From NCBI GenBank assembly GCA_963668585.1, contig OY764869.1, positions 201,880-265,879 of the forward strand: DNA of 64,000 bases, in the 5' to 3' direction. The notes under the pieces are model-generated. The model was not told the origin of the DNA and ran no database searches. It was given only the letters and a program-made list of their open reading frames with translations. Within the stretch, counting starts at the first letter, position 1, and each line of letters starts with the position of its first letter. The DNA is from Dehalococcoidia bacterium. GTDB lineage: Bacteria > Chloroflexota > Dehalococcoidia > Lucifugimonadales > UBA3495. Positions 1 through 9,418 of the stretch are shown piece after piece. Position numbers and translations under genes: made by a program.

Positions 1-267
1 GTCGCCTGGGGCGACGGCTGGATGCCGGTGCGGGTAACGGAAGAGCAAGTGAAAGCCGGCCGCGCCACCATGGACGAGTTGGCCGACGCTGCGGGCAGAG
101 ATCCCAACAGCATCCAACTGATCGTATCCAACGTCACCCCCGACCGGGATGTGATCGCCCGTTACGAGGAGGCCGGCGCCAATCGCGTCACGGTGGCGTT
201 GCCGGCCGACGCCGGCGCAGAGGGAATGAACGAATTGGAGCGCCTGGCCGAGCAGGTGCTGGGCTAG
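1..267 (+). CDS. LLM-class (luciferase-like) flavin/F420-dependent oxidoreductase, C-terminal fragment; 5' end lies outside the window
   Basis: The reading frame is open from base 1 (VAWGDGWMPV...). The tail resembles the C-termini of the complete LLM genes in this window. Confidence 0.45.
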   Translation, partial: VAWGDGWMPVRVTEEQVKAGRATMDELADAAGRDPNSIQLIVSNVTPDRDVIARYEEAGANRVTVALPADAGAEGMNELERLAEQVLG

Positions 268-269
268 CC

Positions 270-587
270 GTGCCGGACGGAGACCATCCGCCCGCCGTCG
301 GTCCGAGAGCCTGGTCTTTGATACGCGGCAGGGTTGACGGTGAAAATTGGGCCGCCAACTTCGCGGAACCGCACGAACTCATCGCGTGGGCGGATATCGC
401 CGACTTTGAGCACTACATGGGGCCAATGCCTTTTCCGTACGACAACGCGAATGCGGTTGAGTTATACGAGGCGGCCAGGTCGGACGCTGCGACGGGGGGA
501 ATGACGTTCAATCACCGGGAGTACGCCGGCGGCTTTCTGCAATCCGTGTATGAGACATTGCGATCCAGGCTCGGCCTGGATCGCTGA
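270..587 (+). CDS. hypothetical protein
   Basis: GTG-start ORF beginning 2 nt after the upstream stop. No motif recognised. Confidence 0.3.
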   Translation: MPDGDHPPAVGPRAWSLIRGRVDGENWAANFAEPHELIAWADIADFEHYMGPMPFPYDNANAVELYEAARSDAATGGMTFNHREYAGGFLQSVYETLRSRLGLDR

Positions 588-611
588 TCTTGGGTGGTCA
601 GGGTCGCTCGG

Positions 612-1088
612 CTACACTGATGTTGCGCCGGGAGGCGCGGGGCCGCGCTCCAGCAGTTCCAGCCAGTTGCCGTCGGGGTCCTGCATGTAGCAGCCCTTGC
701 TGGCGGCCGGATACACCGGGTTGGGACGCGTCGCCGGCGGGCTGACGAAGCGTACGCCCTGGGCCGAGAGCGCCTCGTAGAATGCGTCCAGATCGTCAAC
801 CATGACTCCGAGGTGGGATGCCCCGACCTGGTGTCGCTGGGGCATCGCCACCGCATCGCCCGGCGGGTTGAGGTACTGGATCAGTTCCACCGAGTGCCTC
901 ATGTCGCCCGTGCCGAGATACACGATGTGCAGCCGGGCGTCGGGGTAGCCCACAAGTTCCGAGATGAAATCGCCCTCCAGGATCTGGTCGCGTTCCACCG
1001 CAAGGCCGAGCAGGTCCCGGTAGAAGGCGACGGAACGCACCATGTCGCTCACCACGAAACCGGTGTGGTTCATCCATTGGACTTCCAT
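612..1088 (-). CDS. VOC/glyoxalase-bleomycin resistance-dioxygenase family protein
   Basis: N-terminus HTGFVVSDMVRSVAFYRDLLGL and a second half-domain with HLGVMVDDLDAFYEAL are typical of the paired VOC fold. Confidence 0.8.
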   Translation of the reverse strand: MEVQWMNHTGFVVSDMVRSVAFYRDLLGLAVERDQILEGDFISELVGYPDARLHIVYLGTGDMRHSVELIQYLNPPGDAVAMPQRHQVGASHLGVMVDDLDAFYEALSAQGVRFVSPPATRPNPVYPAASKGCYMQDPDGNWLELLERGPAPPGATSV

Positions 1089-1099
1089 AATGCGATCCT

Positions 1100-1288
1100 C
1101 TACCCCAAGAAACGGTCAAGTAGTACTACCGCGGCTCCTACGGCGACAATCAGGCTGCCCAATCGGATCAGCAATCGCGTTTCCATATGGGCCAGGTCCG
1201 CTTTGGTTGCGTAATATTGCAGTTCGTTCCGCAGATTACCCACGTCAGCTTTGGTGGCAGGGCTGTCATCCATCGAAGCCAAGTCCAT
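1100..1288 (-). CDS. small coiled-coil protein with a C-terminal transmembrane helix
   Basis: 62 aa. Polar heptad-like stretch TKADVGNLRNELQYYATKADLAHMETRL, followed by a hydrophobic helix LLIRLGSLIVAVGAAVVLL. Confidence 0.45.
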   Translation of the reverse strand: MDLASMDDSPATKADVGNLRNELQYYATKADLAHMETRLLIRLGSLIVAVGAAVVLLDRFLG

Positions 1289-1352
1289 TCCTCCATTAGC
1301 ACATCTATGTCAGACATTATAGCAGGCGATTAACGTGGCCTGCCCCATGTCT

Positions 1353-1438
1353 GTCATTGCGAGCGAAGCGTGGCGTTCCCGCCGCTGCGAGGACTGTGCC
1401 TCAGCCAACTGGACCGCCACGACGCTTCGCAAGATGAC
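1353..1438. repeat. imperfect long inverted repeat (REP-like hairpin) in an intergenic gap
   Basis: gtcattgcgagcgaagcgtggcg at 1353-1375 faces cgccacgacgcttcgcaagatgac at 1415-1438 as imperfect reverse complements. It lies downstream of the GMC gene stop. Confidence 0.4.
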
Positions 1439-1455
1439 CAAATGGGTTACGCAGG

Positions 1456-3003
1456 CTACCTTCCGTCCCTGACGTAATCGGCGCACTTCTCGCCGATCAT
1501 GATGGTGGTGGCGTTGGTGTTGGCGCGGATGCAGTCGGGCATGATTGACGCATCGGCGACCCTGAGACCCTGCACGCCCTTCACCTTCAGGTGCTGGTCC
1601 ACCACCGTCAGGGGATCAGAGTCGGGACCCATCTTGCAGGTGCCGGATATGTGGTGGGACGTGCCGGAGTTCTTGCGCAGCCAGTCGTCCAGCAGTTCGT
1701 CCGACGCCAGTTCCTCGTCGCTGGGCATCAACCGTTCCACGACCATATCGGAGAACGGCGGCCGCTCGGCCATGCGCACCCCAAGCCGGATGGCTTCGCG
1801 CATTCGCCGCAGGTCTTCCGGCTCCTGGTAGTAGTTGTAGTTCAGGTGCGGCTGCACGTGCGGGTCGGTGGATTGCAGGGTGAGTTCGCCCTGGCCCAGC
1901 GCCAGTTGCAGGCTCGCGCCCATGCCGATGTAGTTCAGGTCTTCGTCGATCTGGACGTGGGCCGGCCGGTGCTCGCTGGTCATCAGGTTGGGGCTGAGTT
2001 GCATATCGTTGCGCAGGTCGGAACCCTCGACGGTGTAGCGCAGACCCACCTGGATCACGGGCGCCTGCACGTCGGGCTTGTCGCCCTTGGCGAGGTACAG
2101 CACGGAGGCGGCGGGATGGTCGCGCAGGTTCTTGCCCACGCCGGGGGAGTCGTGGATCACGGGGATGCCCATGCTGCGCAGGTGCTCGGCCGGCCCAACG
2201 CCCGACAGCATGAGCAACTGCGGGGAAGCGACGGCGCCGCTGCTGACGATGATTTCGTCGGCCTCTACGGTGAATACTTCGCCGCCGCTTTCGGCCTCAA
2301 TGCCCACGGCCTGGTTGCCATCGAAAAGGATGCGGCGGGCGGTGACGCTGCCGCGCACGGTGAGGTTCAGGCGGTGTCGGGCGATGTCCAGGTAGTTGAT
2401 GGCCATGCTCATACGCACGCCGTCGATGGTGTTGCGGGCCCGGGGCGAAACGCCCGTTGACTCAGGGTGGTTCTGGTCTTCATCGCGGGGGAATCCCTCG
2501 TCGAGGCACGCCCGCTCAAATGCCACCGAGTGCGGCAGCCACTCGCTGCGGGGAGCGCGGCGCACGGGAACCGGCCCGTCGGAGCCGTGGAAGTCGTCGC
2601 CGCCGAAGTCCAGGTCGGTTTCCAGCTTGTTGAAGTAGGGCAGCACGCTGGTGAAACTCCACTCGTCGTTGCCCCATTCGGCCCAGCGGTCGTAGTCCTC
2701 CGGGATGCCCCGGAACAGCACCTGTCCGTTGACCGCGCTGGAACCGCCGGTGGCCTTGCCGCGAGGGATCACCAACTCAGTCTGTTCGTCGGTGATCTGC
2801 GCGGTGTAGTCCCAGTTGTGTGGGCCATAGGCGGAAAGCCACACGTTGTTGCCGAGTTTCAGGTCGTCGGGCAAATGGTCAAAGTCGGGATAGTCTGGTC
2901 CGGCTTCCAGCAGCAGCACAGAGCGGTTCGGGTCTTCCGACAGCCGGCTGGCGATGGTGCATCCGGCAGAACCGCCGCCCACCACGATGACGTCATACTT
3001 CAT
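1456..3003 (-). CDS. GMC family oxidoreductase (choline dehydrogenase-like)
   Basis: N-terminal FAD motif YDVIVVGGGSAGC, a length of 515 aa and a C-terminal GMC signature region HISGTCKMG. Confidence 0.9.
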   Translation of the reverse strand: MKYDVIVVGGGSAGCTIASRLSEDPNRSVLLLEAGPDYPDFDHLPDDLKLGNNVWLSAYGPHNWDYTAQITDEQTELVIPRGKATGGSSAVNGQVLFRGIPEDYDRWAEWGNDEWSFTSVLPYFNKLETDLDFGGDDFHGSDGPVPVRRAPRSEWLPHSVAFERACLDEGFPRDEDQNHPESTGVSPRARNTIDGVRMSMAINYLDIARHRLNLTVRGSVTARRILFDGNQAVGIEAESGGEVFTVEADEIIVSSGAVASPQLLMLSGVGPAEHLRSMGIPVIHDSPGVGKNLRDHPAASVLYLAKGDKPDVQAPVIQVGLRYTVEGSDLRNDMQLSPNLMTSEHRPAHVQIDEDLNYIGMGASLQLALGQGELTLQSTDPHVQPHLNYNYYQEPEDLRRMREAIRLGVRMAERPPFSDMVVERLMPSDEELASDELLDDWLRKNSGTSHHISGTCKMGPDSDPLTVVDQHLKVKGVQGLRVADASIMPDCIRANTNATTIMIGEKCADYVRDGR

Positions 3004-3083
3004 GCTTGACCTCCTTCACTAGAGAAATCTGACCACAGGTCATTGCGCGTCTATCAAACACGCCTAATAATACCCAACGACGG

Positions 3084-4328
3084 TTGGCGCGCATAGCGTC
3101 ACCGTCACCGTTTCGGATGCATACTGCCGCCACCACCCAATCACCGGTCCGCTATCGTTGGGTGATGGCCGGCATGTCGCTGTGCGGACACCTTGCGCTG
3201 GGGTTCAATCTCTTCGCAATCGCGCCGGTGCTGCCGCTGGCGATTGACGACTACGGCATCAGCAGTCTGGCCGCAGGACTGCTGGTGTCCCTGCCCATGC
3301 TGCTGGCGGCGGCGTTTGGCATTCCGGGCGGGATGCTGGTGGCGCGCGTTGGCGTGAAACGCGCTCAACTCCTCGGCTGGTCGTCGATGGCGGTGCTGGC
3401 GCTGGCGTTCCTGGCCCCCAACTTCGGCGTGATGCTGGCGCTGCGCCTCGCCTACGGGGTGGGCCTGGCGTTGATGATAACGTCAACCGGGCCGTTGTTG
3501 ATGGCGTGGTTCTCACAGCGAGAGGTGCTGGTGATGAACTCGCTCAATACGGCGGCGGTCAGCCTGGGAGTGGCGGTCGCAGTGGCCGGGGCGGCCCCCC
3601 TCGCTGCGGCGACGGACTGGAAAATCGCCATGTCGGTATTCGGCGCGGTCGGCGTGGTTGGAGCCGCCGCGTGGCTCGGACTCGGCCGCGACGCTCCGCT
3701 GGAGGGGATACGTCCCGCTCCCATAACCCTGCGCCAGACCGCCCGTGTGCTGCGGGGTCGCACGGTGATCCTGCTGGTGCTGACCGACGCGGGCGTGCTG
3801 CTGCAGTACACCGCGCTGACCGGATGGCTGCCCACGTTCTACAATGAACGTCTTGGATTGTCGCTTTCCGCAGCGGGATTCATCACCGGTATGCTGCCCT
3901 TCGTGGGCGTGTTCGCCGTACTCGCTGGCGGAATCGTGCCGCTGCGCTTTGACGCGCCGCGGGCGATATTCGTCGTCTCGGGAGTGGCGGCGCTCCTGGG
4001 CGGGTTGGGTTCCTACCTGATGCCGACGCTGCCCGGGATCTACGTGGCGGCGGCCACCCTGGGATTCGGCTCGTGGTTCTATGTGCCGATACTGCTCACC
4101 CTGCCCCTGCGGATGGCCGGAATCACCCCCCAGAGTCTGGCTGTAATCTATGGGTCGCTGATGACGTTCTCGGGCATCGCCATGTTCATCGCGCCGATCC
4201 TGGTGGGCGCGATTCGGGACGCGTCGGCGTCGTTCCTGCCGGGTTTCCTCATCTGCACGGCCATGTGCTCCACCGCTTTGCTGGCGGGAGCGCTGCTGCC
4301 CCGCGACGTTTCCGGTGGCGAATCCTGA
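3084..4328 (+). CDS. MFS transporter
   Basis: About 12 hydrophobic segments across 414 aa. The listed start is TTG at 3084. An ATG at 3118 is an alternative start. Confidence 0.8.
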   Translation: MARIASPSPFRMHTAATTQSPVRYRWVMAGMSLCGHLALGFNLFAIAPVLPLAIDDYGISSLAAGLLVSLPMLLAAAFGIPGGMLVARVGVKRAQLLGWSSMAVLALAFLAPNFGVMLALRLAYGVGLALMITSTGPLLMAWFSQREVLVMNSLNTAAVSLGVAVAVAGAAPLAAATDWKIAMSVFGAVGVVGAAAWLGLGRDAPLEGIRPAPITLRQTARVLRGRTVILLVLTDAGVLLQYTALTGWLPTFYNERLGLSLSAAGFITGMLPFVGVFAVLAGGIVPLRFDAPRAIFVVSGVAALLGGLGSYLMPTLPGIYVAAATLGFGSWFYVPILLTLPLRMAGITPQSLAVIYGSLMTFSGIAMFIAPILVGAIRDASASFLPGFLICTAMCSTALLAGALLPRDVSGGES

Positions 4329-4451
4329 CTCGCCGGATTTGAGGTTTGCAAGGATTGATCTTATGGTATCCAAACGCCAGGAATCTGGATAATCTGATCA
4401 TCCTGAGAATCCTGAGCCTGAAATCGGCCCAAAAGTGCAGGAGGTGCGCCA

Positions 4452-5273
4452 ATGCCAACGCTGGAATTGAATGGTGAGCAGTTTCACTACCATGTGGATG
4501 ACTATTCCGACCCGTGGCTTCCGGCAGCGCCGATTTTGCTCCACCATTCCGCCGGCGGCAATCTGCACCGGTGGCGTCCGTGGGTGCCGACGCTGGCCCG
4601 CCGCCATCCGACGCTGCGTTTCGATATGCGCGGACACGGCGGAACTTCATCCCGGTCGGCCTCGCCCTATGTCATCACCGAGTTGGCCGCCGACATCGCG
4701 CGCGTGATGGATGCGCTCAACATCGACAGAACGCACCTGGTCGGAGCCTCCGCCGGCGGAATCGTAAGCCTGCAGTTCGCCCATGATTTCCCCGACCGCC
4801 TGCACAGCCTGACGCTGGTGGCATCAACCCCTCGCCTCGCCCGGATGGGGGCGGATATGGACGCCAGCGCATGGAGGGGCACGCTGGAGCAGGAGGGTAC
4901 GCGCGCCTGGCTGCTGCTGGACACCGACAAGCGGTTTGGTCCCGATACGCCCCGCGAGGTGATCGACTGGTACGCCGACGAAGGCGCGAAGACGCCGGCG
5001 GAGGCGGTGCTGGCCCTGCAGGCCTGTCTGCTCGCGGCTGACCTGGCGCCGCTGCTGCCGGCAATCAGCGTCCCGACGTTGATCCTCGCGGCGTCCGGGG
5101 ATTCAATAACTCCGTTGGATGCTCAGAACCTGATGGCGGACCGGATGCAGCGGGCCACGCTGGAAGTGATCGACGGCGTGGGCCACAACATGAAAGTCGA
5201 GATCCCCGACCGGTTGGCGGCAATGACGCTGGATTTCGTGGCAACCGTCAACGCGGACGGAGCCGAAGCGTAA
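4452..5273 (+). CDS. alpha/beta hydrolase (3-oxoadipate enol-lactonase-like)
   Basis: Nucleophile elbow LVGASAGG and a C-terminal GHNMKVE histidine region. AGGAGG lies upstream of the ATG. Confidence 0.85.
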   Translation: MPTLELNGEQFHYHVDDYSDPWLPAAPILLHHSAGGNLHRWRPWVPTLARRHPTLRFDMRGHGGTSSRSASPYVITELAADIARVMDALNIDRTHLVGASAGGIVSLQFAHDFPDRLHSLTLVASTPRLARMGADMDASAWRGTLEQEGTRAWLLLDTDKRFGPDTPREVIDWYADEGAKTPAEAVLALQACLLAADLAPLLPAISVPTLILAASGDSITPLDAQNLMADRMQRATLEVIDGVGHNMKVEIPDRLAAMTLDFVATVNADGAEA

Positions 5274-5347
5274 GGAATTCGGCTCACGCCAAGCACCGCT
5301 ACAATCCGCAGACGCCGCGACCGCCGGCTCAGCAGTCGAACCCCGGG

Positions 5348-6139
5348 TTACCGGGCGCCGGCCGACCGCCCTCCGTCCACCATGTACACTCCGCCGGTGC
5401 AGAAACTGCTGTCATCGCTGGAGAGAAACAGCATCATCCGCGCCACCTCCTCGGGATTGCCGTAGCGACCCAACGGGATGCGCGACGCGGTGGCTCGCCT
5501 GGTCTGCTCCACCGTTATGTCCGAATCGTCCAACGCCGCGACGCGCTGCTCCTCGATGGAACGCATCATGCGAGTTTCGATGGGCGCCGGGTTGACGGTG
5601 TTGACCCGGATGCCCTGGGACGCCCCCTCCATGGCGGCAGTGCGCATCAGTCCGATGACGGCGTGCTTGCTGGTGGTGTACGCCGACATGTCGGGGCCGG
5701 CCCCGATGCCGGCGGTGGACGACGTGATGACGATGCTGCCACCGCCGCGCTCCCGCATCACCGGCACCACGTACTTGATGCCCAGCCAGACACCGCGCAC
5801 GTTCACGGCCATCACCCGGTCAAAGACGTCGATGGGATAGTCCGGTATGGACGACAACTGCCCCTCGATGCCAGCGTTGGCGAGGTACACGTCCACGCCG
5901 CCCCAGCGGGCCACGGCCGCGTTGACGTAGGCCTGGGACTGGTCGGGTTGGGTGACGTCGGCCACGGCATAGCTGGCCCTGTCCTCGCCGATGGACTGCA
6001 CGGTTTCCTGCAGGGCGGCTTCGTCGAGGTCAACCAGCGCGACGCGCGCGCCTTCGTCGGCGAACAGGTGGGCCGCGGCTCGACCGATTCCTCCGGTGGC
6101 GCCGGTAATGAGGGCTACTTTTCCTTCGAGGCGGGCCAT
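5348..6139 (-). CDS. SDR family oxidoreductase
   Basis: Cofactor motif TGATGGIG and catalytic YTTSK. Confidence 0.9.
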   Translation of the reverse strand: MARLEGKVALITGATGGIGRAAAHLFADEGARVALVDLDEAALQETVQSIGEDRASYAVADVTQPDQSQAYVNAAVARWGGVDVYLANAGIEGQLSSIPDYPIDVFDRVMAVNVRGVWLGIKYVVPVMRERGGGSIVITSSTAGIGAGPDMSAYTTSKHAVIGLMRTAAMEGASQGIRVNTVNPAPIETRMMRSIEEQRVAALDDSDITVEQTRRATASRIPLGRYGNPEEVARMMLFLSSDDSSFCTGGVYMVDGGRSAGAR

Positions 6140-6262
6140 GTTCGCGCTCCTTTTGTGGTGGTGGATGGTGCGGTTTCCGTGAACCGAGCCCGTGGGTTCG
6201 GCTCACGCGATTATATGGAGCGCAGGCGACCCTATCAACACCGGCAGGGCCGTGGACCAGGG

Positions 6263-6425
6263 CCATTCGATTATCCTGGGGAGGGGCACCTGCTGTTGCT
6301 GGAACGATGCCCTGCTCACCGTCCGCTCGTCCTTCGACAGGCTCAGGATGAGCGGACTGCCTTGTCTATCGTGAACGCAGGATGAGCGGACTACCGTGTC
6401 TATTGTGAACGCAGGGTCAGCGGAC
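6263..6425. repeat. palindromic repeat element, locus A: ccattcgatt box, 37-nt hairpin, then three 34-nt tandem units
   Basis: Hairpin gtccgctcgtccttcgacaggctcaggatgagcggac at 6321-6357. The arm aggatgagcggac recurs at 6379-6391, and a variant agggtcagcggac occurs at 6413-6425 (34-nt period). Confidence 0.8.
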
Positions 6426-6514
6426 AACGTCAGCGGTCGACAATAATCGAATGGGCCCCGGGCAGCGTGAGTCGCCCGTTGACGAAATTTCAGCTATGTG
6501 GTAAAAATACATAT

Positions 6515-6949
6515 ATGGCAACGCCGGAACACCCGACCAACCCGAAGATGCCCCGCGGCTTCATGACGCCATGGGTGCTGCTGCTGCTGAAGCAGTGGAG
6601 CCTGCACGGCTATCTGATCATGCAACACCTGAACCGGATGGGATTTTCCGAAGTTGACCACCCCACGCTGTACAAGGAACTGCGCCGACTGGAGAGCCAG
6701 GGCTATGTGGCGTCGGAATGGGAGACGGGAGACAGCGGCCCCGCCAAGCGGGTGTACAGCATCACCGAGGCAGGGGAACAACTGTTGATGGGATGGACGG
6801 AAGTGGTGTCCGGCTACCAGCGGATGATCAACGGCTTCTTCGATATGTACGCGCAGGCTTTCGGGTTCGCGCCGTCAGGCTCGCCGGAAGTCGATGAGGA
6901 CGTCGGCGCACCCGAACCGGAAGGCGATTCCATCTCGAGCCGGGGATAA
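6515..6949 (+). CDS. PadR family transcriptional regulator
   Basis: Winged-helix core LLLLKQWSLHGYLIMQHL...LYKELRRLESQGYVASEWE...AKRVYSITEAG. The ORF opens at GTG 6467. I prefer the ATG at 6515 as the start. Confidence 0.8.
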   Translation: MATPEHPTNPKMPRGFMTPWVLLLLKQWSLHGYLIMQHLNRMGFSEVDHPTLYKELRRLESQGYVASEWETGDSGPAKRVYSITEAGEQLLMGWTEVVSGYQRMINGFFDMYAQAFGFAPSGSPEVDEDVGAPEPEGDSISSRG

Positions 6950-7062
6950 CATCCCCCACAGGCATTGGAGACGGAACCCCCGACGGGCATCGGCGGTTTC
7001 CGAAACCCTACGCGCCGCAGCCGCAATTGCGACTTTCCCTGCATTGACGCAATCACAACAGA

Positions 7063-7335
7063 ATGGCAACAAAACCGAAACAACAGGAGTATAGAATCGT
7101 GGAGAAGACTCAGGAACTTTTCAAGGCTTACAACGACGTGATGACCAGCGGTTTCACCGCTTTCAACACCAGCCTGCAGCAGAGCAACGCCCTGATGACC
7201 GGCATGATGCAAGCCAACGTCAAGATGGTGGAGACCAGCCAGGAATTCGCCAGGAATTCCGTCAAGTACAACGAAGCGTACATGGACTGGTTCATGAACA
7301 CGGCCCAGGGGATGGCCCCGAAGGCCCAGGCCTAG
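7063..7335 (+). CDS. phasin-like PHA granule-associated protein (putative)
   Basis: 90-aa helical, Cys-free protein directly upstream of phaC/phaE. The call rests on context and composition only. Confidence 0.5.
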   Translation: MATKPKQQEYRIVEKTQELFKAYNDVMTSGFTAFNTSLQQSNALMTGMMQANVKMVETSQEFARNSVKYNEAYMDWFMNTAQGMAPKAQA

Positions 7336-7342
7336 CAAAAAA

Positions 7343-7392
7343 GGGCGAGGCATACCCCCTTGCCCAACCCCTCTCCCATTGCGGGAGAGGGG
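7343..7392 (+). other. pair of GC-rich hairpins after the phasin-like gene (attenuator/terminator or REP-like)
   Basis: gggcgagg-cata-cc(c)ttgccc at 7343-7366, and cccctctccc-attgc-gggagagggg at 7368-7392 (10-bp perfect stem). No T-run follows either hairpin. Confidence 0.4.
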
Positions 7393-7440
7393 CCATTAGC
7401 GCCAGAAATATCGAGCCAGAAATATCAAGGAGGAACAGCG

Positions 7441-8517
7441 GTGGTCGGCCAGGCAGAGTTTGCTTCCCAGTTCCAGGAAGATATGCAGCAGAACATGCAG
7501 CGCGCACAGGCGTTGGTTGATTCCTTTGTGATCAATCCGGCTGAGCCGCCGATTGACGTGACGCCCTACGAGGTGATCTGGAAGCGGGGAAAGGTCCGGC
7601 TGCTCCGCTACGGAGAGCGGGACAAGATCAAGTACCAGATGCCCTACCTGATGGTGCCGTGGCTGGGCATCAGCCGACCCTACGTGCTGGACCTGCTGCC
7701 GGGAAACAGCATGATTGAGTACCTGGTGAACCAGGGACACGACGTGTACCTGCTGGACTGGGGCGAGATCGCCGCCGAGGATAAGGATCTGGGGTTCGAG
7801 GAAGCGGCGATGAAGCTGATTCCCAGGGCAGTTGACCGGGCTCTGGAGGCCTCCAACGCCACCGAGATCACCCTCAACGGCATCTGCCTGGGCGGCACGC
7901 TGGGTGCGACGTACCTGGCGACCCATCCCGATGCGCCGGTCAAAAACTTCGTGGCCATCGTCGCGCCCATCGACTTCAGTGAGGGCGGCATGTTCCGTGT
8001 CTGGCTGGACGAGCGGTACTTCCCCGCCGATCTCATCGTGGAACACTACGGCGTTTTGCCGGCCAACCTGATGGGCGCCGGTTTCAAGATGCTGCGGCCG
8101 ACGCTGGAGGCGCAGGCTCTGTCCGGCCTTTGGTCCAACGTGCTGCGGCCGGGTTACGTGGAAAACTACAAGGCAATGAACCGGTGGGCCAACGATTTCA
8201 TCGGAATGCCGGGCCGGTTCTTCGGCCAGTTGTCCAAGCAGATGTACGGCAAGAACCAGTTGATCCAGGGCGAATTCGTGCTGAACGGGCGCAGGGTGGA
8301 CCTCAGCAACATCCGGCAGCCGTTGCTGTGCGTCGCGGCCAACCAGGACTTCATCGTGCCGGCGGCGGCGGCCCGCAACCTGATGGATGTGGTGTCCAGC
8401 GAAGACAAGGAATTCATGGAACTGCCCGGCGGTCACATCTCGGTGTTCTCCGGCCGGCAGGCGAACCAGACGCTGTGGCCGAAGATTGACGAGTGGGTGG
8501 CAGCGCACGTTGAATAG
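7441..8517 (+). CDS. phaC: class III poly(R)-hydroxyalkanoate synthase subunit PhaC
   Basis: Lipase-box variant GICLGG (G-x-C-x-G). From the GTG at 7441 the product is about 358 aa, and AAGGAGG sits at 7427-7433. The ORF-track start at 7360 reads through the upstream hairpin. Confidence 0.85.
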   Translation: MVGQAEFASQFQEDMQQNMQRAQALVDSFVINPAEPPIDVTPYEVIWKRGKVRLLRYGERDKIKYQMPYLMVPWLGISRPYVLDLLPGNSMIEYLVNQGHDVYLLDWGEIAAEDKDLGFEEAAMKLIPRAVDRALEASNATEITLNGICLGGTLGATYLATHPDAPVKNFVAIVAPIDFSEGGMFRVWLDERYFPADLIVEHYGVLPANLMGAGFKMLRPTLEAQALSGLWSNVLRPGYVENYKAMNRWANDFIGMPGRFFGQLSKQMYGKNQLIQGEFVLNGRRVDLSNIRQPLLCVAANQDFIVPAAAARNLMDVVSSEDKEFMELPGGHISVFSGRQANQTLWPKIDEWVAAHVE

Positions 8518-8628
8518 GGGCCAGCGAAGAATAGGAGCCAGGGAACGAGATCGCCGTCCGCCTCCGGTGGACCACGCTCCGGTCAATGACAGCAGGCCGG
8601 CCGCGGCAATACAAATGGGGAGACAGCA

Positions 8629-9309
8629 ATGACAAGTGCGCAGGACACGGCCAACCCGTTCGAGGCATGGCAGGATATGTTCCGCAAGTCCACCGAGATG
8701 TGGCAGCAGGCGGCATCCGGGGCGCCCAACAACCCGTTCTGGCCGCCCGGCAACGGGACGATGCCGGGCATGGGAATGCCTGGAATGCCCGGCGCCGGTA
8801 TGCCCGGATTCGGCGCGTTCACTCCGCCCTTCGGCGCCAACGACACGACGGCGATGTGGCAGCAGTTTTTCAACCTGTGGTCGCAGCAGTGGAGCCAACT
8901 GCTGGCGGCAGGCGCCAACCCGCAGACATTCAGCGACGCGCAGAAGCAATGGAACGAGCAACTGGAAGCGATGGCCAAAACGTTCGCGGAAACAATGAGC
9001 ACCGAGGACTTCGCCAAGACGCTGGGCAAGTACATGGAGCAGGGCTTGCACGCTCAGGAGCGCATGGCCGACGCGGTCAACCCGCAGATCGACGCCATGC
9101 TCCGGACCTACAATTTGCCGTCACGCAGCCAGATGAACCGGCTGTTCGTTCACGTTCTGAGCATCGAGGAACGGCTGGACGACCTGGAAGACGAGATTCG
9201 CAAGTTGCGAAAGGAACAGGAATCGACCCGACGCAGCCCCAGCGGCCGCCGGAGCGGCAGTCGGAACAATCCGCCGGCGGCGGCAGCGGAGGCGTCAGAA
9301 AGCGAATAG
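8629..9309 (+). CDS. phaE: PhaE-like PHA synthase subunit
   Basis: Lies immediately downstream of phaC. C-terminal motif LPSRSQMNRLFVHVLSIEERLDDLEDEIRKL, plus W/Q-rich and MPG low-complexity segments. At 226 aa it is shorter than classical PhaE. Confidence 0.55.
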   Translation: MTSAQDTANPFEAWQDMFRKSTEMWQQAASGAPNNPFWPPGNGTMPGMGMPGMPGAGMPGFGAFTPPFGANDTTAMWQQFFNLWSQQWSQLLAAGANPQTFSDAQKQWNEQLEAMAKTFAETMSTEDFAKTLGKYMEQGLHAQERMADAVNPQIDAMLRTYNLPSRSQMNRLFVHVLSIEERLDDLEDEIRKLRKEQESTRRSPSGRRSGSRNNPPAAAAEASESE

Positions 9310-9418
9310 AGCGCGATTGGATGCGGCGACGGCGGGCGCCGCAACGAGATCGTTGCCCGCCGGAGGCTCACTTGCAACGCCGCGGTGGCAATGACCCGTA
9401 CGACTGGGGGTGACTGGC

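Noticed and set aside
7396-9051. 551-aa minus-strand ORF antisense to phaC/phaE
   Set aside because: It is Arg/His/Gly/Pro-rich low-complexity translation with no motifs. It lies fully antisense to two genes with clear family signatures, which is a typical shadow ORF in high-GC DNA.
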